Program-made: the position numbers and the translations under genes
Notes under the pieces: model-generated
The model's database searches: none
Told to the model about the DNA's origin: nothing
The model's input: the letters and a program-made list of their open reading frames with translations, nothing else
From: the human T2T-CHM13v2.0 reference genome, Homo sapiens
Strand: one strand, 5' to 3'
Length of the DNA: 64,000 bases
Assembly (NCBI RefSeq): GCF_009914755.1
Contig: NC_060938.1
Shown: positions 34,174 to 48,412 of the stretch, in pieces
Layout of the letters: each line of letters starts with the position of its first letter
Position numbering within the stretch: position 1 is the first letter of the stretch

Positions 34174-35541
34174 CTACCTTGTTGGTCAATCTGGGAGGAT
34201 TCTTGGCTTCCTAAGGAGCTTGTGTTTTGCTCCAGCTGCTTGCACACTTCCCCCAGGAATTATAAAGGCAGTGTCAGATTTCTCACAGGACCAGGCCAGG
34301 CCCTATCATCACAGTGAGAGCCAATTTCATCCATCCACTGATGCCCCTTTTTCAGGGGTCTCGGCAGAGGGCTCATCCCTGTTTTAAGCCTAAAGGAGAC
34401 TTTGACCAGGACCCTGAGAACATGGAGGTGATGTAATTATGAGGTGACCCAGTAATTAGCCCCTACAGCTTAGACTACATGCAAAATCAATGCCTCAAAT
34501 GAAAAGATACCATCTCCGAAAGCTGCCTGTCTCCAGAAGCCACCCTTCACCTGGTTGTCATAAGCATCTTTGCATCCTGAGTGGTCAAGGCTGGAGGAAG
34601 CCTCACAGATAATGGCCCAGCCCCTCTCATGCAGATGTGAACTGAAGCCCCAGAAAGAGAAGGAACTGGAGCACAACCACCCAATGAGCTTGTGGCAGTG
34701 CTAAGACTAGGCTAAGCAGAAATCTCCAAATAGGCTTGTAAACATTTCACTCCCCTGCTCAAAAACCAGTGTTCACAGAATAAAGCCCAAGTCAACTGCA
34801 TGGAATTCAAGGCCCCACAATCTGGTGGGGAATCTTGAGTGCCAACCTTCTAAGCCTCATCTCTTATTCTGTGCCTGCCCTGCCCACAACATGTGTCCAT
34901 GCTGCAGCCACACTGGGTGTCATAAGTGTGCAGGTGACCGGTTGACTCATGACCAAGACTGCTCAACATGCAGTGAACTTTCTTGTCTCCATGTCTCTGC
35001 CCATGCTGTTCCCTAACCCTGACTGCCCTTCCTCGTCTCTGACATGGAAATCCTATTCAATCCTGCAAAGACTTGCTAAAGGCCACCATATGCATTCACA
35101 TTCCTCGTGGGCACTCCCATAGCACCTGGGACATATTGCTCTCATCAGTCACATCTGACACTGGCTCATGAAGAGAATCTGATGAGTTATGTACACCCCC
35201 CTCCAAAACCCCCACTCACACCCACTCAGCAGAGAGATCCTGAGGGCAGGGACAGCATCTCGTTCATCCTTAGACCCTCCTAGCCCTTGGCAGTGTCTGA
35301 CACAGAAAAGTGATCAGTCAATATTGTTTAATCAAATGGACGCACAGATATGCAACCCTGTCTTTAGGAAAGCTTCTGTGACCACTCCAGCCAGAGCCAA
35401 CAAAGTGTCCCATACCTACGTTCGTTGCCATCCCATTTCACTGGGCTACATAAAATTATTTGGGTTTCATATTTCCTGCCAAACCACCCGACTCCTGCCA
35501 AGAGGCTGTGAACTCGCCAGGGGGTGATGATATCTGATAAA

Positions 35542-35666
35542 TTATGCCTAGTGTTCCATTATTGGAACGCTAAGCATGTGGGAGTTATTTATATTCTCCT
35601 GTTCAAGGTCATCACCAAGGTCTGATTGCAAAAATTTTAAAAATTGCAACATCAGGCATAAATGGG
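35542..35666 (+). mobile_element. MER85 (piggyBac PGBD3-derived MITE), left TIR truncated
   Basis: TTATGCCTAGTGTTCCATTATTGGAACGCTAAGCATGTGGGAGTTATTTATA...AGGCATAAATGGG followed by TTAA. Confidence 0.9.
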
Positions 35667-35880
35667 TTAATCTTTACATGCACAGCTCAGACCTCAACAC
35701 ATAAATGGTAAATGGATAAATGAATTCCATCAGTGGTCATAAGTTAACCTGTGTAGAAACTGTACCTAATATATAATCCATTTCTCTTTCTCATTTGAAT
35801 CCCACATATATAATTCACTCATGTAGCTTTTCTGCTTATTTAACAAATATTTATCAGGCACTAGAAAAATACTATGGTGA

Positions 35881-36193
<313 letters not shown>

Positions 36194-39100
36194 TTAAATA
36201 AATAATCACAAATGTGTATTTATCACAGCTATGGAGTGTGAGCTGGAGAATAAGTACAGGGTGCTGTGGTCACCCCTGAGTCCACTCTGAGCTCTCAGTT
36301 GCCCCAGGAGTCCTGTCCCATCATACTTCATCCCTGTCCCCACGGAGAAGGCCACCCCTCACTCAGCTCAGATGCAGAAAACAGATGACCCATCTTTTTC
36401 CCTAATGGAATGAAGCAGAGTCAGGGTTTTTTGTGTCTTTGCATTGTTTCATATAATCTCCCTCAAATTCTTAAACCCCTCCTCCCATGGAAACTGTTGA
36501 AGATGCCAATTTCATACTGATTCCGGATGCAAAGTCTGTTCTGTCTGACCTCACTGATTCCTGGGGGACGTGTTAAGACCTGTGAAATATGTAGAGCTCA
36601 TAAATCAACTCTGGCTAGATTTCCACAAATGTTTTAGTTTGAAAGAAAGTCAGACAGCATTGACAAGACCCCAAGTATTCTGCTTCCCCGGCCCCAACAT
36701 ACCCGCCGGCCCCAGAGTCTGTGGATGCTGGCTGCCTGCAGCAGGGCCCAGCACTGGCTGTCCCCATCTCCCCTCTGGCCCGGCTCCGACAAGCTGGAGG
36801 GGAACAGGCGGTCAGTCCTTGACATCTAGTCTGTTGTCTGAGGCCCTCTGGAGGGAAGGAATCCTGTGAATGTCCTTTCCCTGCCAGCCCCCAAGGAGAT
36901 GGCCCAGAGACCCTTCCCCAAGCATGCTCCTCTGTTTCCAAGACAAACAGGAGCCTCGGGATGGTTGCTGGGCTCCAGGGGGTGCCAGTGACATGTAATA
37001 CAATTGAGTGGTGCCCTCTGGAGTTGTGCAAGGAGCTGGCGCTGGCTGGTGGTGAAGCCCTGGGAGCCAGTCTCCCCCATGGCAGGAAAACAAAGCTGTG
37101 GCTTCAAGGTACGAAGGGCACAGCCTCCCACAGCGTTTCCCCTTAAGGAAGGGGACAGTGGACGTGGGTTTCTTTGCAAGTTAATCTCACTGGAAGGTTC
37201 TTCACAGGCATCTTTTTCCATTAGCCCGTCAGTGCTTCTGTACATTAGATTGCATCTAACACTCACTGAGCTGCCGTGGTACCCAGCGTCTTGCTGGGTG
37301 CAGGACAGCCACAGCGACCATGGCCCCAGCCCACAAGGCGCTTAAGGAACAAGGAGACTCTTGGTCACCTTAGTCCCTGCTTGACACCCAGTACAGTGGG
37401 AGGAGTCAGCAGAGGGTGTGCTGGAGGTGAGTGCTGGGAGACTGAGTGAGGAAGGCAGTGGCGCTCCCCTCTGGCTAGCCTGGGTTCATCGGTGCCCGCA
37501 CTCTTCCTTCCGCCATTCATTCATTCAAAAATCACTCCACGAGAGCCTCACTCTGCCAGATGCTGTGGATAAACAGTGGAGGCTGGCACTGTGCCTTTGT
37601 CTCAGGAATCCCCCTGCCAGGCACCCCACCCACTTCCCTGAACCCCCGACAGCCATGCCCTCCATTATGAAAGACAAGAGCCTGTGGGCACCTGCCTGCC
37701 CTCGGTGCACACACCTGGGGCTGCTGGGAAGCCCTGGCCTCTGTGCCTCCATGCTCAAGGCCCAGGGCTGGCTGCTGGAGGGAGGCTGTCTGGCTCATGG
37801 GTCTCTCTGATGACGGGTCAGCCCAGTACCACCAGCACTTCCCCAGTCCCAGCCTGCCAGGCCTGGGCACCGCGTGGCCTGTGTGGTACATGTGTCCACA
37901 GAGGATGGCAGCCCAACGGATAGGAGAACGAAGGTACCCAGGTAGCTCTTCAGCACTCCCAGAGTCTAAGAGGGCCCCAGAGAAAGGCTCGAAAGCTGCC
38001 TCTGTGGCCTGTGTGAGGTCAGAGTGGAGACAGAGGGGGTGAAGTGTCAAGACATGATCACGAATTGAAAGAGGTCCCTCTTCTTCTCCCTCCCCAACTA
38101 ATGCTCCTTCCACATACTTCCCCACTTGAGATAAGCAGCCAACAAGCACCTGCCATGTGTCTGACCCTATGACTGGCAGGGACTGCTAAGATGTAAAGCA
38201 AACAGAGTTGCTGCTCCTGTGAGATAAAGAGCTTGCAGGTACGTGGAGTGGATCGGGGGGAGTGGACGGGGGGCAGTGGACGGGTGGGAGTGACAACGCG
38301 ATTGCTTAGAGGGTGAAGACCTGACTATCCTGCCTTCACTAAGCCTCAAAACATTCCCGGAAGATAAGCATCATTGTCCCATCTTGTAGCTGGGACACAC
38401 TCAAAGGATTTAAAGGCTTTGTAACGGTGCAGTGATAGGATTCGAACCCACGTCTGTGTGAATCTAAGCCCATGCTCGTTCCACTGCATCACACTCTCTA
38501 CCACTAGTGCCTGGCATCATTGAATTGCTCACTTCAGATCCTTTGAGAAATGAAGATCTCCATTTTTCCCCACAAAAGAAATAGCTTGGGCCTATGGGAT
38601 GATATTTACATGAAGCTGTTGTCGTCAACATCAAACAGGATTCCTCATTTATTGTTTCAATCCGTTTTATCCCACTCAGGCACACACTCTCCATAAAATG
38701 AATGCCTTGCATTCATATGGTATTTTTACTTCTTTCATTTAACATCCCTGATAACATAAACATCTCCCAAATCCCCCAAATCCCTCTGTTTCTTGCATTA
38801 CAGCAGGGTTGGGGGTGTGAGCTGCAGATGCTAGGCAGACACCATCCACATAAACAGATAAGAGCCGCGGAGAACATCCACAGAACATCTGCGAATTTCT
38901 GTACAGAACCTATGTGAGTCATTCTGTTCTAGAGTCCTCCAGTGGTGGATTCAACCCACTTACATCAGAAGGATTTTGAAAAGAAATCTAAAACTAGCCT
39001 TGACAACAAAAGAGATGGTGTGATCACCTTGCTCCATCTCAACACATTTAGAATGACTGCACTTCTCTAAGGAGTATCATAGCATGCACCTCCTACTAAC

Positions 39101-39787
39101 TTAAAAGACATGTGCTAAACAGTCAGCTCAGCTCTGGCCCTGGCATTCGAGGCTATTTGCAACCTGGCAGGTAACTTCAACCTCCTGCCCTCCAGGCAGT
39201 GCTCTCTGGAGACTTGGTAATGCAGCCACTTTTGCCAGACCAGAGCTGAATGGTCCTGCCATTAAAAAGTCCACACTTCATCCCTCCTCTGCAACACCAC
39301 TTGCTTTTCACACACAACTGGCTAATTCCAGAGTGGAGTAGAAATAAAAGTAACATGACTAGACCAAGGAACATAAGATGAGAGCCAAGAAAAACTTGTA
39401 GGTCATTGAAAAGACTGCCACGCTAGACACTGGGGAAGTGACCTACTACACAAAGGCACCAAGGGCTGGGCATGGCCCACCAGTGGGACCCCACCCAGAA
39501 CATGAGGCCAGTCAGTGCACTGAACCTCACCAGACCAGTGCCAATAACCAAAGCCATCTACCACTGAGGGTGGAAGGGACTTCCTCACAAGTGGAGACTT
39601 GGTAGGGTCCCGGCAGGTGTCAGCAGGCATGTGTGCTGTTAAAACACACGCAACAGAGAAGAGCCACGTCACCTAGGCAATCCAGGTGGGAAAGGGCTAA
39701 CGCAAAAAATTATGTTTCCTAAAGATTGGGAAGATTTAGAATAGTAGAACATTCTTGAGTTGCAGGAAACCTGAGAAATCATCAGAA

Positions 39788-40905
<1,118 letters not shown>

Positions 40906-41239
40906 AGTATAATACCATCCTTTCTTTTCACAGATAATAAAACTTAGGCCAGAGAGGCCAAGTGGCTTTCTAAATGTCACACAGCTAATAAGTAGCAAAT
41001 CTGGGATCAAAATCCAGTTCTTACTAATGTCTCATCTCATCCCTTTACCACTACACCATGCTACCTCAATCTAGGCCTTAAAATCATTTCTTTCCAGTTT
41101 GTGTTTTGTTTTTAAATAAGTAACACATTCTTCTAACAAATTCAAACAATATACAAATTGCATGAAAAAAATAAACCTTCTACCTTTCTTTAAACACAGT
41201 TCTGTCGAAAAATAGACAGATGAACTAGGGCCTTGCTAA

Positions 41240-41385
41240 TTAAAGGGTGTTCCCTGGACCAGCAGCGTGGCATCACCTGGGGGCTTATAAGAAAATGCAG
41301 ACCCTTGGGGCCCACCCCAGACCTCTTGAGTCAGAACTGCATTTTCCCCAGGTGATTCATGGGCACAGCTACTTTTGGGAACAGC
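41240..41385. mobile_element. MER5A-type remnant
   Basis: CCCTGGACCAGCAGC...GCATCACCTGG...GAAAATGCAG...GAGTCAGAA. Confidence 0.7.
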
Positions 41386-43042
41386 TGTCCTGGACAACTT
41401 CCTGGAGTCCTGTCTGTGTTTGTGTCTCCCTGGAAGCACAAGTTAACCCCAACTCCTACTGCTGAAAATTGGCAAGAATTCAACTTTCAACTCCCTAAAC
41501 GACACACACTATTAAATCTAATTCCCAGAAGAAAGAATAAAAAATAATGGAATAACAGGACTAGGGGTTTGGAGCAGGAGAAGTCATCACGGAATGATGA
41601 GATTTGAGATAATGAAAACAATAATTACAGTAACGAACTTAGGAAGCCCCTATGATAAGCCAGCCTCGATGTTAGACAATTTGCATGCATATCTCACTTA
41701 ATTCTCCAAATTTCCTGTGGCGGTTGGTACTGTTATCCCTGTTTACAGGAGGAAAATCTGAGGTTTAGAGAAGTGAAGCCACTTGCCCATCATCCCAGCA
41801 ATGATAGGGAAAGACTTGCAGCAAGGTGGGAAACCTGGGGAGGCCATGCCCATGAACAAGCTTGCTGGGGCCAATTCACAAAGACATCTGAGCGAACCCA
41901 GCTGCAGAACCCCCACCTCAATGCGATCCCATTTCCTCTCTGGGCCTGCGTAGTCCCAATGCCCTCAGCAGCTAAAGAATCGGTTTCATGGTTTCACGCA
42001 TTTTCCTCCAGATCTGTTTCACGCATTTTCCTTCTGGTCTCAGCCTGAGGACTGAGTTTCAAGTTACAGACCAAGCCAGAGGACTGTATAAAAACTAAGA
42101 AAAGTCTGTTGGAGTGAAGGCCGCCTTCTCCTCCCTAGTTTTTGCTAACCACAGTCCTGTCAGCATTAGGGGCTGAGGTTCCTACTTGCCCCGGCCTTTA
42201 TGCCACATTTGTTCCCACTTCCCACTTTTCTGTCTCACAATTTAAATAATCCCAGGTTCTGCTGCCATTTCCAAGCAGATTCCGAGTGAAGCCACATCAG
42301 GCTTAGCTGGGGAAAGCCGTTCGAGGCCTGCAAGGTAAATGTGTACTAGGCTCAGTTTTAGGTCATTTTAAAGGTTTTGAAGAATTAGACGTTTGATGCA
42401 TTTTCAGACTCTGTGACTCTTCCCCTGGGTTATCATCTCAAGACCCTAGCAGCCTTCTCCACAAATCTTTCCCAGTTAACGTTTACTATGGGATACTCTG
42501 CGTAAACACTGGGCAAGGTGTTTGCACATGTTATCTGTGAGACAGGCATTGTTATATCCATTTTACAGATGAGGAAACCAACCCCCGTCCTCACAGGTAG
42601 GAAGTGGCCAAACCAAGGTGAGACTCAAAGCCTGTCTGACTTCCCAGTTCCAGTCCCCTCCACCCCAGAAGGCTTCTTATCTCTGCCTTCTTTTTATACC
42701 ATCTCAGGAACTCATCAGAGGCCGTCTTGAATTTCAGCTGCTTGTGCTTGTGTTGCGTTTAATCTCCCTTCCTTGTCCACAAGCTCTAGAGAGAGCTCCG
42801 TGGCCATGCAAAACTCCACATCCCCCTCGGTGCCTAGGCCAGAGCCTGGCACCAACAAAGCACTCTGTACACATTGGTTGACTGAAGAAGTACTGGCTGG
42901 CTTTCAGGAAAAATAACTCAAGAGAAAGCCTCAGACCAACACCACCCACCTTCCAAAAGGATTCCATGTGTTGCTCTCTGCCTGTTCTCAGATCAATAAC
43001 AATAACAAAAATCCTGGACTAGAAGAGAGAATCAAGATATTG

Positions 43043-43244
43043 CTTGTAATTTCACAAATGGCCGGAATTTCTGCAGTCCCCGGAGTAGCAGGGCTCTAGT
43101 AAAAGGCTGCTTTCTCAGCCGCAAAATATTTCACAAACATGAGTTACTGATGGAGTCTCTACATTTGCCACTGAGCCAAGCTGGTTAGCAAAGCTAGAAC
43201 TTGGAATGTCCACCCAGAGAGATGACAAGTTGAGCCCCCAAGGG
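43043..43244 (+). repeat. Inverted duplication, copy A
   Basis: Reverse complement aligns with 44416-44620, roughly 85% identical by eye. Confidence 0.92.
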
Positions 43245-44415
43245 AATGAGTTGACAGAGTTGAGTGGCGGCCACGTTCAGGGACCCGGTCTTAGAGGCAG
43301 CGTGCCATGAGAGGAAGGTTCCTGAATGGGAGTCCACATCTTGGGTGCCCCAGCCACTCGGCACCAGCTCACCCCACCCCCTGAGGCTTCAGCACCACAC
43401 CATCCTCAGCCCCACACCGTCCTTCTCTGGGATGTCTATGTGGCCAGCTCAGAACTCTACGTATGTGTTTGATTTGGCCTCTGTCTGGGTCTTGATTGTG
43501 AGCTGTTGGGTGAGGCTCTCCTTCAGCAGCCCCTCCCTGCTTACCCGTTAACCATGTCTGTCTGGCTCTCCCTCCCCTGAGAATCTGGTCACCAGATCTC
43601 CCAAGGGTCCAGGATCTGGGTGACACACTCTAATGAGCCATGAGTCCCATCACTGTCATGCCAAGATGCCAGTTTTCTGAACAACACAAAACTTGCTTGG
43701 CTCGTGGACTATAATTCCTAGGTCACTGTTCACTGTGTCTGCAGAAATGTCCCAAGTGCACACCTAGGGGCCTGTGGACTCAAACCTAAGGCCAAACATT
43801 GTTCCAAAAGGACAGGGTCTAGTCACCTCCAAAGTGGAACCAAAAAGAGAAAAATTGAGGAGGAAGCTCTGAGGGACTGGCCACCCAGGTGCTGAGCCCG
43901 GCCCCGCCCAGCCCATGGAAACAGCATGGCTTCATGCGGCACCAAGGGATGAAGTGCTTCCTTGAAAGTGGGTCCAAACCCTAGAAAAAGTAAACCGCCG
44001 TGAAAGGGGATGCTCATTTGCCTCCCCAAGGCAGACTGTCTTACACTTTGAGAAGAAATCAGTGCATGAAGAGGGCAAAAGATCAAAGATGCTACCTGCA
44101 AAATAGCCTGCCCAAAAATTTAACCTGAATTGGATCAAGTCCCTAGATCTATGAGCAGCTTACAAGAAAATATAGGGGACGAAGGAATAAGATAACCCGC
44201 GCCCCGGCAAGAGTGCAATCAGCCACCTCCGAAACGTATGAAATTCTACAGAACAAGCAGCTCAGCCTCTTCAACAAATAAGTGGCCAGGGAAACAGTAA
44301 AGACTAAAAGACATTTAAGAGACTTGTCAATCAATGCAATTTGCAGAATTTGCATGGATCTGATTCCAACAAACCAACAGACAACAGGCTGCTGAGATGG
44401 CTTCGTATGCATGGC

Positions 44416-44620
44416 CCCTTTGGGGCTCAGCTTGTCATCCCTCTGGGTGGATATTCCAAGTTCTGGCTTTGCTAACCAACTTGGCTCAGTGGCAAATGTA
44501 GGGACTCCAATAACTAATGTTAGTGAAATGTTTTGTGGCTGAGAAAGCAGGATTTTGTTAGAGCCATGCTACTCCGGGGACTGCAGGGATTCTTCTGGCC
44601 ATTTGTGATGAAATTGCAAG
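44416..44620 (-). repeat. Inverted duplication, copy B (within an old L1M)
   Basis: See copy A. Confidence 0.92.
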
Positions 44621-44729
44621 GCATTTATGAGACAATCAGAGAGATTTGAACACTACCTGGATATTTAATGATAAAAAGAGATTATTATTGACTTCTGTAG
44701 GTTTGATAATGGTATTGTGCTTTTTGGAA

Positions 44730-45034
<305 letters not shown>

Positions 45035-45293
45035 TAAATTTGTTTTTGTAAAGAATTTCTTTATCTCTTAGAGATAATTCTGAAGTCTTTAAGAATGAAA
45101 TTATATGATGTCTGGGATTTGCTTTAAATTAATGCACTGAGTAGAGTGTAAAGAAGAAAGGAGATTGTGCCCGTGCTGATAACTACAGAAGTTGGGTGAT
45201 AAGTAGGTAGGTGCTTACTATGCTCTTTCTACTTTTGACTAGGTTCAAAATTTTACAGAGCAAAAAGTTTCATTATGAAAAAAAAAGAGAGAT

Positions 45294-45675
45294 AGCTGGG
45301 TGCCACGGCTCACACCTATAATCCCAGCATTGTGGGAGGCCGAGGCATGAGGATTGCTTGAGCCCAGGAATTTGAGACCAGCCTGGGCAACATGGCAAAA
45401 CCCTGTCTCTACCAAAAAAATAGAAAAATAAGCCAGGCATGGTGGCACATGCCTGTAGTCCCAGCTACTTGGGAGGCTGAAATGAGAGGATCACTTGAGC
45501 CCAGGAGGCAGAGGTTGCAGTGATCGAGGATCATGGTGGCACATGCCTGTAGTCCCAGCTACTTGGGAGGCTGAAATGGGAGGATCGCTTGAGCCAAGGA
45601 GGCAGAGGTTGCAGTGATTGTGCCACTGCACTACAGCCTGGGTAACAGCCAGACCCTGTCTCAGAAAACAAAAAT
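45294..45675 (+). mobile_element. AluJ with internal tandem duplication of the right arm
   Basis: 45438-45524 repeated at 45532-45618. Confidence 0.92.
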
Positions 45676-45789
45676 AGCAAGAGAAGGACCTTGTTTTTAA
45701 TCCTGACTTCAGCACTGACTCTGAGCACCCTCGAACAAATCTATACCTCACTGAGCCTGTTTTCTCATTCAAAGCCTGAATGGTTCAAA

Positions 45790-45975
45790 TCATGGCTCGG
45801 CCCCTCACTTGCTGTGTGACTTTGAACAGGTTTCTTAGTTTCTCTGCTTCGGTTTCCTCATGGGTACAATAGGAATGATAATAGTTTTACCTTGTAGCTG
45901 GTTATGAGGATCAAGCGCATTAATTATTGTAAAGGTCCTAGCACACGAGTTCTATCCAAGTGTTTGATATTATTA
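45790..45975 (+). mobile_element. MIR SINE
   Basis: GCTGTGTGACTTTGAAC...GTTTCCTCAT...GATAATAGT...GTTATGAGGAT. Confidence 0.75.
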
Positions 45976-46632
45976 CCACTGCTGCTGCGGATGTTACTGT
46001 TGATCGCTATTCTTATTTTGATGAAGAGGACAAGACACCTTTGGAGATGTTTCCTCCTCTCCTAGAACACTAAAGTTTCAGAAATGTTTCCCAAGTCTCC
46101 CTGACTTACCCACTGCTCATGCAATGCCTCCTCCACAGGATCAGAGCTGTGCTCTGGAAAACACCCACATTCTCTGGGCAGTGACACCTCCACACTCACC
46201 TCCTTGTCTTTTCTCAATGATCCCCCCATCTGGTTTCCTTCCCTCCCACCTTCCGCCACGGTGCCTTGCTTCCCTTCCACCTGCTCCCAGGCCCACCTCT
46301 CTTCCATCCCAGTTCTTGGAAGGAGCGGTAGGTAGAAAGAGCCTCCCTTTCCCATCCCTTCTCTTACTTCCCCCCACCCCCACAATGCCAGCTCTTTACA
46401 ATACGCAGAGGGACCTCAGCGAGGGCCATTTGAAAGCCCTGTGTAAAACCAGGAAACCATGGGGTGGGGTGAAGGGAAGTTAGAAAGAACTCAGGACTTA
46501 TGAATGCATAATGCTGAACTTTTTGGAAATGGATGGGCCTGGTGCCAGTCCTCACTAGGGCTCCTAGATTGTATTCTCCTTACAAAAGGGCCATTATGAA
46601 AGTTCCGCATCTCCCGTGTGACAGGTTCAGAG

Positions 46633-46652
46633 CCATAAATGGCATGACGTCA
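46633..46652. promoter_or_regulatory. Candidate SRF CArG box + CREB/ATF CRE composite site
   Basis: CCATAAATGG-CA-TGACGTCA; both consensus-perfect; function untested. Confidence 0.45.
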
Positions 46653-47719
46653 GAGGGACCAGGGGAGGAATAGGTTTCCCAGCCATGTCCTCATTGTCAA
46701 GGGCACCGGGACCCTGGAAAGAGGTTTAGGGGAAGGAGGGAGACACTTTGGAGAAGGCCGCAGCAGTTCCCAGCCGTTCTGCAAAGGAGGCCGCTGAGCT
46801 TGCCCGAGGCATCAGCTAGAGCTGTCTGCACCACGACCACCCAAGGCCCCCTGCCAAAACCGCAGAGTGCCTCGAAAGAATCATTACACCCTCTTCCTCA
46901 CCTCAAGACACGTAAGGGCTGATCACTTGGCTTATCCAGCCCCCACGTGACATCCTGGAAGAGCAGCACCTCCCACCTCTATCTCTGCATTTTCTTTTGG
47001 GATCATTTCTTTTCTACCAGATAGGAGAGGTCATTTCCTATAGTTAGGAGATTGTAGACAGGGGAGAAGTTAGGGGAGCTGGACTGGCATCCTACCTCTG
47101 TAATTACCTAACTGGTTGGAGTCCACACTCTCCTTTCTACAAAATGAAGAAGTTGAAGTTAAAGATTGGTAAAAAAAAGTCCCTTCCAGTTACAAAGGTC
47201 TTTCCTCCTGATGCTGGTTATAAGGAAGCATGTTACCATCTTCTCCACCAAAGTTGGCTTGACCGGACCCTGCGCTCATTCCCTTTGCACAGTCATCTAC
47301 GTTTAAGGTAAACATTAACCAGCTCTGTCTTTCTCACTCTTTCTCTCTCCCCACGCCAACACACACAGAGACCACACGCCTTGAGACCAGCGAAAATGCA
47401 GAAGTTTGGGTTCAAGCATACCCAGTGTTCCCTCATAGCTCTGAAGACACTTGTCTGCAATTATTGTATTAAAAAGAGAATGCACACTCCTTCATATAAG
47501 CATATAGAAGACACCTTAAATTAACCAACACAGCTTCCCTAATAGTGGGTTACAGCTCAACACTCCAGAGCCCTGAAATGGGACAACAAAATCTTGGGAC
47601 AAACAAAAATGGGAAAAACAAAAAACAAAATGGGACAAACAAAAATCTTGCTAGACCAATGGTCTCTCAAACTTTTGGGGTAGAGGAAAAAAGTAATAAA
47701 ACTTCAATTCATATATATT

Positions 47720-47798
47720 TTTTCTTAAGAGACAAGGTGTCACCATGTTGCCCAGGCTGGAACGCAGTGACTATTCACAGGCGCGATCACAGCGCACC
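47720..47798 (-). mobile_element. FAM (fossil Alu monomer)/7SL-derived fragment
   Basis: TGTTGCCCAGGCTGG...CTATTCACAGGCGCGATC...GCGCAC, a 7SL/FAM segment absent from dimeric Alus. Confidence 0.75.
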
Positions 47799-48412
47799 TT
47801 GGTCACACCCCTTGCCAATTCCTTTGTGCCTGCTTCTTCCCGGAGGTCCATTCTTGCTGTGAGTTCCTATCAGTGAGGCTCCTTTTGGTCACAAGCACAT
47901 TAGTTCCAACCCAAGTAACCTAATTTTCTTTCCAGAACAGTTGGCCGTGCCCTTCAAGGCTTCTTGTATTGCAGAAGCACATGTTCCAATCAAGGGTGCG
48001 GGGGCTGAGGACAGAGCTTTGGCCCTGTCTAGAACTTCCTCTGAGATTTACTTACTGTAATAAGTCTGACCAGATGTATTGGTTATTTGAGAAAATATTA
48101 CCTTGGTCTTTAAATATATAGATGAGTTATAGATAGATAGATACAGATAGGTAGGTAGATAGATGAAAGTAAAATAAAGAAAAAAATTGGTTTTCTGGAG
48201 AACTGTGAACAAAACAGCAAAATAACCTCCCTAGTTGGGCAGGAACCCAGAGATACAGGCTGCTAAGAGTGAAATAAGTATGCAGAGAGTAAGTCATTGT
48301 TTCACTGGTGCATTGAATGGCAACTAACAACCCATTTGTGGTGAGCATGCCAGATACAGACGATGTCTTCACCAAAGCACAGCGGAGAGGAACAAAAGGC
48401 CGGGCTACTCAC

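Noticed and set aside
36570-38149. Cluster of long overlapping ORFs (up to 205 aa)
   Set aside because: GC-rich intronic sequence with ORFs on both strands and no homology I recognise.
38425-38490. GGATTCGAACCC tRNA B-box-like motif
   Set aside because: Part of a MIR head; no cloverleaf.
41991-42032. 17-bp direct repeat GTTTCACGCATTTTCCT
   Set aside because: Single micro-duplication; the XRE-like core lacks full consensus.
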